A program made the position numbers and the translations under genes. A stretch of 36,764 nt of DNA. Origin: a virus. The notes under the pieces are model-generated. The model saw only the letters and a list, made by a program, of their open reading frames with translations. It was not told where the DNA came from and ran no database searches. Where the stretch lies: IMG/VR virus record IMGVR_UViG_3300045988_146803; one strand, written 5' to 3'. How positions within the stretch are numbered: the stretch's first letter is position 1; each line of letters opens with the position of its first letter. Below are positions 1-8,894 of the stretch, in pieces.

Positions 1-55
1 CCATAGTATACAGGAATGGCTGGCAAAAGTCAAAGAAACTACCGATAAAATCGGG
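1..55. repeat. Terminal direct repeat, left copy (identical to 36710-36764)
   Basis: CCATAGTATACAGGAATGGCTGGCAAAAGTCAAAGAAACTACCGATAAAATCGGG is present at both ends. A 55-nt length fits a k-mer assembly overlap of a circular or terminally redundant molecule. Confidence 0.97.
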
Positions 56-3000
56 GGAAACGGAGAAGTCCTAGCGAGCGTCGTAAACGATTTCGAAGAG
101 AGCAGCACCTATCACCAAATGGCTGGAGAATATGCCCATAACGTTCTATCGGGAAAGTCGACAAAGAAGGGCATGGCCGAGCAGCAGCTGGACGCAGATG
201 AGAAATCCTTCGCGGACAGCGTAGATCGTTTCATGGCAGGAAAGATTTCCACAGATACTATCCAAGTCATGAGGACTCCGCTTGTGATGAGGCTTGTAGG
301 AGCTGAAGTTCTGCCGGTTGAAATTTCTGTATCCGACTTGAAAAAAGTTTTAGTAGACAAGCATACGGATATCACTCCGGACATCATGAAACAAATTCCA
401 CGTGCACTTACGGATCCGATGATGATCTTTTCCACATACAGTGGGAAAAACGGAGAAGTGCGCAAGGTGATCGTGCTTGAGCTCAAAGATAAGAACGGGG
501 CTACCATCGTGATACCTATGGAATTGGAACGCAAGAAAGGCAACTATGAAGTAAATCAGATTACAAGTGCGTATGGGAAAACGGATAAGAAAACAAGGAG
601 AACGTCTTTTGTATGGTTCCAAAAACAATTACAGGAAGGGAAATTAGAATATGCCAATAGAAAAAAGGCTACCGACTGGATTTCTTCAGAGCAGCCCCAT
701 TGGCTCATTCCCGAAGAAAAAGTCGATAACCTTTTATCTGCTCCTAATGTAGCAAATGAGGAAGACCTTGTCAAGCTGAAAAGCGAAAATCCCACCTACT
801 ACCAGACGGTGGCAGACAAAAATCTCGTTGCCATGCATAACATAGATTTGGGAAATCTGGCAGCCGCTATCAAGTTAGGAGGGCTCCCAGTACCTTCTAT
901 TGCTGTCACTAAAAAGCAGACGTCATATACCGGATTTGGGGACGCTACCTTGATTATGAAAAAGGATACGGTAGACCCATCAAAAACCCCAGTTTTTTCC
1001 AGAGATGCATGGACAGGCGTGTTCCCTAAAGTTATTAGATTGGCCAACATGAAGAGACTGACGTCTTTTGTAGAAAAAGCCATAGAGCCGTTGCAAAAGG
1101 AGCTTCCAAGAGAAGCTGCTGATTACGGGGATATATACAATAGCTATATCTTACGCAACGCCAATAATAAGAATGGTGACGTGCAAAAGATGTTAGAGGA
1201 TTCACTGAACTCCGCAGGGTACAAATATTACTTTCTGAAAACAATAAACAAGGAGCCAAAACTAAAATGGAGAAAGAAGGGGTTAAGCAAAGAACTGATA
1301 GACCATCCCGAGATATTGCAGGCATGTCAGGGGCTTGAAAAGAAGTACGGGGAGCAGGGGCTAAAAGAGCTGTTGTACGAAGGCCCTTTTGCTATGCTGG
1401 AAGAAAGCACGGACCTCAAGAAAGCCAATGATCTGATAGTCAATGAATTATCAAAGAAGCCGGAAGGAAACGAATCACCATTCCTCAAAAGGGTACACGA
1501 ACGTCAGCAGGCCAGACTGGTAAATGGAGAAACGCTTCATTCATTGCTTTCAGACTACTTGGAAAGAGACAAGAAGGTTTTTGAAGGGGAAAGTTTTGAA
1601 CAGCAGTTAGACAAGCGAATAAAGGCCAATCAAAATACATTCAATGCCTGGAAAGAATCTTTTCGAGATGAAATGTTAGGCGAGTCTGTCATTCGGGATA
1701 GTGGCAAACCTGCAGACTTGGAGAACATAGTTGATGCCATGTTGGGAAACCTAAAAAATGCTCAAAAAGGTTTTGCCGGATTCGGCATAGGAAATATCAT
1801 AGCCAGCAGCGCCAAAAAGATAGAATCATTCGGAGAAATGCACCGGGAAGCAGATAGGAAAATGGATGAATCTACCAACATCGAGACAAGCTTGGATAAA
1901 TCGGAACAGTACACGAAGGTAAAAAACGAAATTATGGATTTCACGGACCGAATGGCTGAAGCCTACAAGTGGGAAGACCACTGGGAATCCTGTTCTGATG
2001 CATCGCAAGTTCTGATGTCCATGATGTCAGGGAAAACGTTCAAAGCATCTGCGAGAAAGTTTGGCTTCACATATTCCGCAGCGTTAGAGAAACAGGCCAA
2101 AGAAATTATAAAGGAAGTAAAGGATCTTCCCGCTAAGTATTTCGAGGCAAAGCCACAGCGCGCGGTTCGTTTCAGTGAAGTGGCTGCTGCTGTCATGCCA
2201 AAAAATGCGTCAAAAGAGATCAAAGATTATCTGAGGGCGCAAGGCGTAACCATCCGTTTATATGATCCCAGAATAGAAGGCGACCGCGAGCGAGTCACAA
2301 ATAGCGCACAAGACAGAGTAAAGCAATATTTTCAGGAAGGCAGCAATTACCAAGGTTCCTACGACAGAAACGCCAACGTCATTGAGCTTTTCGACGGTGC
2401 GAATGAATCTACAGTGATTCACGAAGGCGCTCATATGTTCCTTTCTATGCTTGAGAACATGAGTCAGATGAGCGAAGAGAATGTCGCCACCTACTTCAAC
2501 GGGGATACGGCGAAAGCACGCGCTGCATTGAAGAGCATGCGGGGCGATCTCTCTGCCATTCGTTCATGGGCCGCCTTTTCCGAAGATCACCTCTCTGAGT
2601 ACAAGGGGACTATTTTAGAGAAGGAATTCACCAAGTATGCCGAAGACATCAGAGCAGGGAAGGCCGGTGCCATGGAACGCTGGATGCAGGAACGCTTTGC
2701 CAGGGGCTTCGAAAAATACCTCATGGACGGTAGCGCACCCACCAAAGAAATGCAGGGGGTCTTCCGACGGTTCAAGAAATGGCTGACCGACATCTACAAG
2801 ACAGCAAAGAACCTAGGAAACGTAGAACTCACACCCGAGATCAAAGACATCTTCGATCGTATGATTTCCACAGAAAGCGAGATCAACGCATGGGCCGCGC
2901 AGCGAAAACTGGAAGCGATAGATAAGACCGTCAACGTGAACCAGTCCGAACTGGGTAACCTCAAGGCATGGGCTGAGAGCGTCAAGGACAAAGCTCTGGA

Positions 3001-6000
3001 GAAAGCCATGAGTTACTACCTTCATATGGTGAGAGAAGAAGCCATCGAAAACTTCAAAGCCTCCATTTCTTCTGAAGAAGAGAGAACCAGCTTTATCGAG
3101 TCTCTGGGAGAAGAGAATGAGATCTATCAGATCGAGACCATTTACAACTCCGACACATTCCCTACAAAGAAAGACCGTGACGAATTTCTCCAAATGGCCG
3201 GGTTCACAGAAAAAGATCTGAAAGAGAAGCTGAGAGCTGCTGGCGGCACTACGGAAGAACGGTGGAACAAGCACATCGAAGAGATGGTGCAGCACTATCG
3301 GGAAGAAGCATTAACCCCGGAAGCCATCAGGGGCATGGCCGAAGAAATTCTTCGATCCCCGGAAGGCATGGCCAAGAAGTCTCGCATCGAAGCCATGCTG
3401 CTTGAAAAGAAAGTTTCTGCTTACATCCATCTCGTCAATTCTATGCAGATGGAACTCAAACGGTCCAAAGACAAGAAAAAGACCGCGAGAGAAATTCGCA
3501 AGCGATTGGGACTTGTTTCCGAAAAAGAAACAACAGAGATCGACAAGCAGACAGATGTGATTGCCAAGTCGGAAGATAAGATCGCAAAGCTGGAGAAGCA
3601 GAAGAAGCTGCTAAAAGAGCAGCTTGAAAAAGCGAAAGCAGAAGCTGCAGCAGCCAAGGGCGAGAACAAGTCCAGAAAGGAATCACAGACCATTCTGGAA
3701 GGAAACATGCGAGCCCTTGAGGCCGAGCTTGAGAAGGAACGCGCCCAAAGAGCAAAGGCCGACAGCACCACAAAAGACGCAGAACTCACCGCTGCTGATC
3801 TTGCTGTGCAGCTCCAGACTATGGTAGACGGCCTCAAAGAGTCCAGAGACGCCATGCGCTTCGACATGAGGGAAATCAAAGAGGACGCCAGGAATACATT
3901 AGGCGGCGAGAAACTCTCCCACGCCACCAGCTGGCGATGGTGGGAGAACAAGGCACAGATTGCAGAAGCCCGCGCCATGAAAGCGGCCGCAGGCAATGAC
4001 TGGGAAGGCGCTGCTTATTGGAAACGTGAGCAGGCGCAGTGCCTAACCATGGCCAAGTTCGCCAGGGCAAACGAAGAAGAAATCCGTCGCACCCTTCACG
4101 GAGGCGGCGGGAAAGTCACCACGCCTCTCCTTAACGAAAACGGCATGGAGCGCTACGGCATCTTAGGCATCCTGAACCGCATATCCCGGACGGATAAACC
4201 AGTCATGATGAAGGACGACGCACGCTACTTCGTACAGCACATGGCATACGTCTTAGGGCTCACGAAGAAAGACGGCATCTTGCCTATTGACGAGAGCGGG
4301 CAGGAGAGACCTTTCAACTGGCGCTGGCTTGCTGTAGAGATGAATCCCATGCAGGCCATGGACGATGATCGCTATATGGCCGAGGATATCATTCCAGGAT
4401 GGATGAGAAGCGCCTTCGAAGGCTCTACCTCTTTGAAGCTAAAAGACCTTACCATGGACCAGTTCCGAGAAATGGCAAAAGTCATGAAGGCCGTCTACAA
4501 ATTAGGCAGGAGAGAATACGAGGGCAACACCTTAGGCACCTCTTTCGATAACGCGGCACAAAAGATCCACGATGAGATTTTAGACAACTGGACGCACCGC
4601 GTGGCCACTCCGGGACTCAAGAACCAGACCGCCACTAGCCTGGACAGGCTGGGGACAAAAATCCACAGCCTCATCAAGGACATCACACTTCCCGAGATTC
4701 TGATCGAACGACTGGGAAAGTCTGCTTATGAGTATTTTTATAAACCCATGGATAAAGCAGCTGCCCATTTGCGAGAGCTAAAGAGCGAAGCCCGAGTCAC
4801 CTTCCGGAAGAACTTCGCGATCTACTCCAGGAAAGAATGGACGGTGATCCGAAGCAAGAAGCTCTACACCGTAGGGCTAGACGAGCGCGGTAAACCCGTT
4901 TCCTACACCAAGGAGCAGCTCCTCGCCATGGCCCTGAACTTTGGCACCAAGTCCAACAGGGAACGCCTCATAGAGACCTTGTGGCTGAGCGATACCTTGA
5001 ACACCGACGAGAAAACCATACTGGACATGCTGGATAAGAACCTCACTGACAAGGACTGGGACTTCGTAGAAAGCGTATGGGAGCACCTTAATTCTTACTG
5101 GGGCGAGAGAAACAAAGTCCAGAATGATCTCTACGGCACGCCCCTAGGGAAAGTTCAGGGCGAAGATTTCACGCTGAAGTCGGGACGTGTCATCCATGGC
5201 GCGTACTATAGAATCAAGTACGATCCATTAAGCAGCACGAAGACAAGCAACTTCTCCACAACAGACATCGCCAAGATGGACATGCAGAATATTTCCTCCT
5301 TCTCCTTAGGTATGGGGAGCACCAAGCAGCGTGCAGGAACATCCGGCGGACAGAAGCTCCGCCTCGATCTCGACGTATACGTAGAGGCCGTGAACGAAGC
5401 CATGCAGCACATCGCCATGCGAGAAGCTACTGTAGACGTCTACAAGCTCCTCAACCGAAAAGAAGTCGTGGCAGCCATCGAAAACACCGCAGGTCCGGAA
5501 ACTCTTTCTCTGCTGCAGGGATGGGCCAAAGACTGCTGGCACTCCTCGATCAAGGATATGAGCGAATGGGACTCTACCCTAGGCAGAGCCCGGCGGCGCT
5601 TCAACTTCACGACGATGGGGTTCCGATTCTCCACAGCTTTACTGAATATCGGGAACATCACCGGCATGATGGAACGGATGGGAGCAGCCAATGCCCTAAA
5701 GGCCGTCGGAGATTTCTATTTTCATGGGATCATCGTAGAGCAGCGGCGATTTATTCAAACCAAGTCCACTATGATGAGAGACCGAGGGGCCACAATCGAT
5801 CGGGATATGTACATGCAGGACAGATTGCCGGTAGGGAAGAACGAGTCCGAGTTCCGCTCCAAGATCGAGCACGGCAAGTATGGCGTCGATACCTTAAACT
5901 CCAAGGCCTACTGGCTGATCCAGGCGACAGATGAAATGTTTTCCATGCCTGAATGGTTATTTACTTACAAGAGAGCCATGGCCGCTATGGAAATCGAAGG

Positions 6001-6688
6001 CAAGCTCAATAGAGACGAGATGGACGCAGAAGCCGTGAGACTGGCAGATAAAGCCGTGAGAGAGACTTTCGGATCCAATGAGACCAAAGACCAGACCAGC
6101 TTTATCAGGAAGAACGGAATTCTTGCACAGATGACCACCTTCTATAGCTACACCAGCCTTGTCACAAACCAGTTTATCCGCGCAGGGTATATCTTATACG
6201 ACAAGGGAGATGTGAAGCCGCTCCTCGCAGCCACGTGGTATTGGTGGATCCTAGGCGCTTTAGTCGAAACAGCCTTACGAGAAATCGGGGACGACTCTGA
6301 TGATGAAGATAAATGGAAGAAGAAATTCCTCCATGTTGCTGCTTCCGGCGGCCCCATTGGCGGTGTCCCTCTTGTAAGAGAAGCAGTCCCGTGGACAGTA
6401 GATTTCTTTACCGGGAAATCCTTCGGATCCGCAGCCCCAGACGCTCCATTCTTCGATACCCTAAAGCACATGGAAAAATTCCTCAAAGCCACCAAGAAAG
6501 GTGATCTCATAGAGATGGGGCGAGGAGCCACCAAAGCCATCACAAGGACATCCATACCCGTCCCGGATACCATCACAGACGCCTTCTGGAACTTCATGCG
6601 GCTTACTTGCACTGACACGGAATTCACCATGTGGGATTGGTTCAGAAAGTCACTTTGGGATAAGACGCTAAAGGAGAAGAAAAAATGA
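2..6688 (+). CDS. Giant virion/ejection 'polyvalent' protein, continuation (bases 2-55 duplicate 36711-36764); T7 gp16-position protein
   Basis: Codons from base 2 (HSIQEWLAKVKETTDKIGGNGEVLASVVNDFEESSTYHQ) are stop-free into M119 of the listed ORF and share the frame of 33186. Visible modules: a MuF_C-like module (MRTPLVMRLVGAEVLPVEISVSDLKKVLVDKHTDITPDIMKQIPRALTDPMMIF...YEVNQITSAYGK); an HExxH motif (VIHEGAHMF, nt 2420-2434) followed by ERFARGFEKYLMDG...FRRFKKWLTDIY; a long coiled coil (~3420-3900); and C-terminal hydrophobic segments (~6130-6290). Confidence 0.85.
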   Translation, partial: HSIQEWLAKVKETTDKIGGNGEVLASVVNDFEESSTYHQMAGEYAHNVLSGKSTKKGMAEQQLDADEKSFADSVDRFMAGKISTDTIQVMRTPLVMRLVGAEVLPVEISVSDLKKVLVDKHTDITPDIMKQIPRALTDPMMIFSTYSGKNGEVRKVIVLELKDKNGATIVIPMELERKKGNYEVNQITSAYGKTDKKTRRTSFVWFQKQLQEGKLEYANRKKATDWISSEQPHWLIPEEKVDNLLSAPNVANEEDLVKLKSENPTYYQTVADKNLVAMHNIDLGNLAAAIKLGGLPVPSIAVTKKQTSYTGFGDATLIMKKDTVDPSKTPVFSRDAWTGVFPKVIRLANMKRLTSFVEKAIEPLQKELPREAADYGDIYNSYILRNANNKNGDVQKMLEDSLNSAGYKYYFLKTINKEPKLKWRKKGLSKELIDHPEILQACQGLEKKYGEQGLKELLYEGPFAMLEESTDLKKANDLIVNELSKKPEGNESPFLKRVHERQQARLVNGETLHSLLSDYLERDKKVFEGESFEQQLDKRIKANQNTFNAWKESFRDEMLGESVIRDSGKPADLENIVDAMLGNLKNAQKGFAGFGIGNIIASSAKKIESFGEMHREADRKMDESTNIETSLDKSEQYTKVKNEIMDFTDRMAEAYKWEDHWESCSDASQVLMSMMSGKTFKASARKFGFTYSAALEKQAKEIIKEVKDLPAKYFEAKPQRAVRFSEVAAAVMPKNASKEIKDYLRAQGVTIRLYDPRIEGDRERVTNSAQDRVKQYFQEGSNYQGSYDRNANVIELFDGANESTVIHEGAHMFLSMLENMSQMSEENVATYFNGDTAKARAALKSMRGDLSAIRSWAAFSEDHLSEYKGTILEKEFTKYAEDIRAGKAGAMERWMQERFARGFEKYLMDGSAPTKEMQGVFRRFKKWLTDIYKTAKNLGNVELTPEIKDIFDRMISTESEINAWAAQRKLEAIDKTVNVNQSELGNLKAWAESVKDKALEKAMSYYLHMVREEAIENFKASISSEEERTSFIESLGEENEIYQIETIYNSDTFPTKKDRDEFLQMAGFTEKDLKEKLRAAGGTTEERWNKHIEEMVQHYREEALTPEAIRGMAEEILRSPEGMAKKSRIEAMLLEKKVSAYIHLVNSMQMELKRSKDKKKTAREIRKRLGLVSEKETTEIDKQTDVIAKSEDKIAKLEKQKKLLKEQLEKAKAEAAAAKGENKSRKESQTILEGNMRALEAELEKERAQRAKADSTTKDAELTAADLAVQLQTMVDGLKESRDAMRFDMREIKEDARNTLGGEKLSHATSWRWWENKAQIAEARAMKAAAGNDWEGAAYWKREQAQCLTMAKFARANEEEIRRTLHGGGGKVTTPLLNENGMERYGILGILNRISRTDKPVMMKDDARYFVQHMAYVLGLTKKDGILPIDESGQERPFNWRWLAVEMNPMQAMDDDRYMAEDIIPGWMRSAFEGSTSLKLKDLTMDQFREMAKVMKAVYKLGRREYEGNTLGTSFDNAAQKIHDEILDNWTHRVATPGLKNQTATSLDRLGTKIHSLIKDITLPEILIERLGKSAYEYFYKPMDKAAAHLRELKSEARVTFRKNFAIYSRKEWTVIRSKKLYTVGLDERGKPVSYTKEQLLAMALNFGTKSNRERLIETLWLSDTLNTDEKTILDMLDKNLTDKDWDFVESVWEHLNSYWGERNKVQNDLYGTPLGKVQGEDFTLKSGRVIHGAYYRIKYDPLSSTKTSNFSTTDIAKMDMQNISSFSLGMGSTKQRAGTSGGQKLRLDLDVYVEAVNEAMQHIAMREATVDVYKLLNRKEVVAAIENTAGPETLSLLQGWAKDCWHSSIKDMSEWDSTLGRARRRFNFTTMGFRFSTALLNIGNITGMMERMGAANALKAVGDFYFHGIIVEQRRFIQTKSTMMRDRGATIDRDMYMQDRLPVGKNESEFRSKIEHGKYGVDTLNSKAYWLIQATDEMFSMPEWLFTYKRAMAAMEIEGKLNRDEMDAEAVRLADKAVRETFGSNETKDQTSFIRKNGILAQMTTFYSYTSLVTNQFIRAGYILYDKGDVKPLLAATWYWWILGALVETALREIGDDSDDEDKWKKKFLHVAASGGPIGGVPLVREAVPWTVDFFTGKSFGSAAPDAPFFDTLKHMEKFLKATKKGDLIEMGRGATKAITRTSIPVPDTITDAFWNFMRLTCTDTEFTMWDWFRKSLWDKTLKEKKK

Positions 6689-6836
6689 TTCAACGATTTT
6701 ATTATCGGCTGATTGATTGCCAGCCATAGACAGACGTAGCGAAACGATTAGAAAGGGAAAAGCATATGATCAACACAAATTCATGTACTAAGGTTCTTGA
6801 CGTTGGCCGATGAAAGAGAAAAAAGGAGGGTAAAAA

Positions 6837-7484
6837 ATGATAGGTGTCGAAGCGAATCGAATCGTCTATAGGGGTGATGGAATTACAACAAGTTTTCCGT
6901 ATACCTTTACGGTCCTTGAGAAAGCGGATATTGTCGTGACGCTTGTAGACAAGGAACGTAAGAAAAAGACTCTCACGGGCAATTACTTCATTGATATGGA
7001 CAAAAAAGAAATTATCTACCCGGGGTATGCGCCCGGAGAAGAACCTGCAGAGGCCGAACGGCCGCCCGTGCTTCCGGAGGGATGGTATCTTGTTATCCAA
7101 AGAAAAACGAAAATAGACCAGCAGACAAGCCTCGGGGACAAATGGCCATTCGATGTGACGGAAGATGCACTGGATAAAATCACCAGAATTTTGCAGGATT
7201 TAGATACAGACTCTAAGCGGCATTTAGAAGTTTCTGTAGAGGCTAGCGGCATAGATCCCATGCTTCCGTCGCCTAAAGCCAACATGGGATTTTACTGGGA
7301 CGAGACCGGGACAAAGCTTGTAAAGGGCCTAAACCCGAATGCCGCCAGCGAAAGTGCAGCCGCCTCCGCCAGTGCAGCGGCCACCAGCGAGACAAATGCA
7401 GCCGCGAGCGCCAATACAGCCAAGGCGCAGGTCGAAGCTGCACAAAGTAAAGCCGAAATCGACACTATTTCTATAAGCGCATAG
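6837..7484 (+). CDS. Short tail fibre-like protein (T7 gp17-type N-terminal adaptor motif, no obvious receptor-binding domain)
   Basis: RBS AAGGAGGG precedes the start. The N-terminus VYRGDGITTSFPYTFTVLEKADIVVTLVD is the pattern typical of podovirus fibre N-termini. The C-terminus is Ala/Ser-rich (ASESAAASASAAATSETNAAASANTAKAQVEAAQSKAE), as in fibre shafts. The position matches T7 gp17. Confidence 0.65.
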   Translation: MIGVEANRIVYRGDGITTSFPYTFTVLEKADIVVTLVDKERKKKTLTGNYFIDMDKKEIIYPGYAPGEEPAEAERPPVLPEGWYLVIQRKTKIDQQTSLGDKWPFDVTEDALDKITRILQDLDTDSKRHLEVSVEASGIDPMLPSPKANMGFYWDETGTKLVKGLNPNAASESAAASASAAATSETNAAASANTAKAQVEAAQSKAEIDTISISA

Positions 7485-7507
7485 AGCAGTAGATAAGGAG
7501 GAACACA

Positions 7508-7648
7508 ATGAGCAAAAACTATGAAAAAGTAAAACACTACTACGAAGCAGGGCTCTGGAGTAAAGCCAGAGTGTATGCTGTCGTCGGCCGCTGGATCACG
7601 GAAGAAGAATATAAAGATATTACAGGAGAAGATTATGTCGTTGGATGA
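7508..7648 (+). CDS. xkdX: XkdX-family small phage protein (46 aa; below the ORF-track length cutoff)
   Basis: MSKNYEKVKHYYEAGLWSKARVYAVVGRWITEEEYKDITGEDYVVG matches the XkdX signature (YY..G.W......V..G.IT.EEY..ITG). RBS AAGGAGGA is upstream. It lies between the fibre and holin genes, as in Firmicutes phages. Confidence 0.8.
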   Translation: MSKNYEKVKHYYEAGLWSKARVYAVVGRWITEEEYKDITGEDYVVG

Positions 7649-7808
7649 AATCATCGAGACCCAGTCCACCATCATTGACCTGCAGAACCAGCTTATTCGT
7701 AAATTCGGCGCAGCGCTGAACCTTGAGCTCTCTTACAACGATGAAGTAGAACGGATCCGGAGGCTTAAAGAAAAACTCAGACAAGAGGAGGGAGACCATG
7801 GACTTTAA
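7635..7808 (+). CDS. Small coiled-coil protein of unknown function (57 aa)
   Basis: The internal ATG at 7635 of listed ORF 7575..7808 avoids most of the overlap with xkdX. Product MSLDEIIETQSTIIDLQNQLIRKF...RRLKEKLRQEEG. Its end overlaps the holin start. Confidence 0.5.
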   Translation: MSLDEIIETQSTIIDLQNQLIRKFGAALNLELSYNDEVERIRRLKEKLRQEEGDHGL

Positions 7809-8295
7809 CATACTCTATGAATACACCAGGCAGGGCGTCCGCACACTGGGAGCCGGGTGGTTTGAGAAGGCAGCCGCTGCTAGTATCGGGGCTATGCTAC
7901 AGATGCATGCTGAGCTCATGTGTGCCTTCATCATCCTCATCATCTTAGACCTTGCGACAAAGTGGCTCGCCCTCGCCAAGCCTCTCACGGCAGATGGTAC
8001 ACTGGCCGAAGAAATCTGCATGATCCCTGAAGCACACCGGCGGGGGCTCATCTCATCCGATGCGATGAAGACGCGCTTTGTGAGCAAAATTATGATGTAC
8101 ATGCTGATTGCATTTGCATCTGGTGTCGTCGATTTTATGTTTAAGGATATGCACATGCCGGCCTTCTTCATGACAGTCTGCATCGGATATTTGGCGACGA
8201 CCGAGCTGCTCTCGGTCGTCGAGAACCTGAACGACGCAGGTGTTTCCGCACTAGCAGATCTCGCAGACGTCGTGAAAAGAAAGCGAAGAATGTAG
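7798..8295 (+). CDS. Holin (phage_holin_4 / LL-H-like family)
   Basis: RBS GAGGAGGG precedes the start. Several hydrophobic helices are present, with the family-typical TTELLSVVENL motif and a basic C-terminus (VVKRKRRM). It lies immediately upstream of the lysozyme. Confidence 0.8.
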   Translation: MDFNILYEYTRQGVRTLGAGWFEKAAAASIGAMLQMHAELMCAFIILIILDLATKWLALAKPLTADGTLAEEICMIPEAHRRGLISSDAMKTRFVSKIMMYMLIAFASGVVDFMFKDMHMPAFFMTVCIGYLATTELLSVVENLNDAGVSALADLADVVKRKRRM

Positions 8296-8304
8296 GAGGG
8301 AAAT

Positions 8305-8886
8305 ATGAAAGTAGTTGACATAAGCGGATGGAACACTGATATTGACTGGTCAAGACTGATGGACGAAGGCGTGGAAGGCGTCATCGTTAAGATCTCCGAA
8401 GGCCGCACACTCTCCGAGCTCCACAGTAAGCAGATCGCGGGCGCAGCCGCCCGTGGCCTCAAGTGGGGCGTCTATTGCTACACCCACGCGCAGACCGCAG
8501 CGCGCGCCGAAGAAGAAGCCGAAGCCGTCATGGACGCCTTGGACGTGCTGGACTATGGGGCGCCCGAGCTGGGTATCTGGTTTGATGTAGAAGCTCCCGA
8601 GGTGCTCGCCCTTGGTAAAGAAAACATCACCGCCGTGTGCAGCGCATTCATCTCCGCTTGCAACGCAAAAGACTACCAGGCAGGGATCTATGCAAGCCTG
8701 TACACACTGGAAACTTTCATCGGTGTGGAAGATCTTGCAGACTACGTCCCCTACTGGTGCGCCCAGTACGGGGCGAGCGAGTGCGGCTTCCGAGATAGCT
8801 ACCCAGGCAACATTCTCTCGGGCTGGCAGTGGACCGATTGCTATAGCATCGGCGGAGAGAATTACGACATGAGTGAATGGTACTAG
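8305..8886 (+). CDS. Endolysin, GH25 muramidase, catalytic domain only
   Basis: MKVVDISGWNTDIDWSRLMDEGVEGVIVKISEG...GIWFDVE...GIYAS...WQWTD matches the GH25 (Cpl-1/LytC-type lysozyme) pattern. At 193 aa there is no room for a cell-wall-binding domain. Confidence 0.85.
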   Translation: MKVVDISGWNTDIDWSRLMDEGVEGVIVKISEGRTLSELHSKQIAGAAARGLKWGVYCYTHAQTAARAEEEAEAVMDALDVLDYGAPELGIWFDVEAPEVLALGKENITAVCSAFISACNAKDYQAGIYASLYTLETFIGVEDLADYVPYWCAQYGASECGFRDSYPGNILSGWQWTDCYSIGGENYDMSEWY

Positions 8887-8894
8887 GAGGAAGA

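Noticed and set aside
1-55. The 55-bp terminal repeat as a biological direct terminal repeat of a T7-like genome
   Set aside because: An exact 55-nt length is a common assembler k-mer overlap, and a large ORF reads straight through it. It shows circular closure or terminal redundancy of the assembly, not the physical genome ends.
112-6693. Many minus-strand ORFs inside the giant gene (e.g. 112..543, 3421..3996, 6148..6693) and plus-strand off-frame ORFs (3624..3827, 5521..5934)
   Set aside because: They lie wholly antisense or off-frame to a continuous 10-kb ORF. They have no RBS and give low-complexity or odd compositions. They are shadow ORFs.
6837-7484. BPP-1-style diversity-generating retroelement near the fibre
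   Set aside because: Bbp19-like and BPP-1-like capsid genes prompted a search. There is no reverse transcriptase ORF and no TR/VR repeat pair anywhere in the window.
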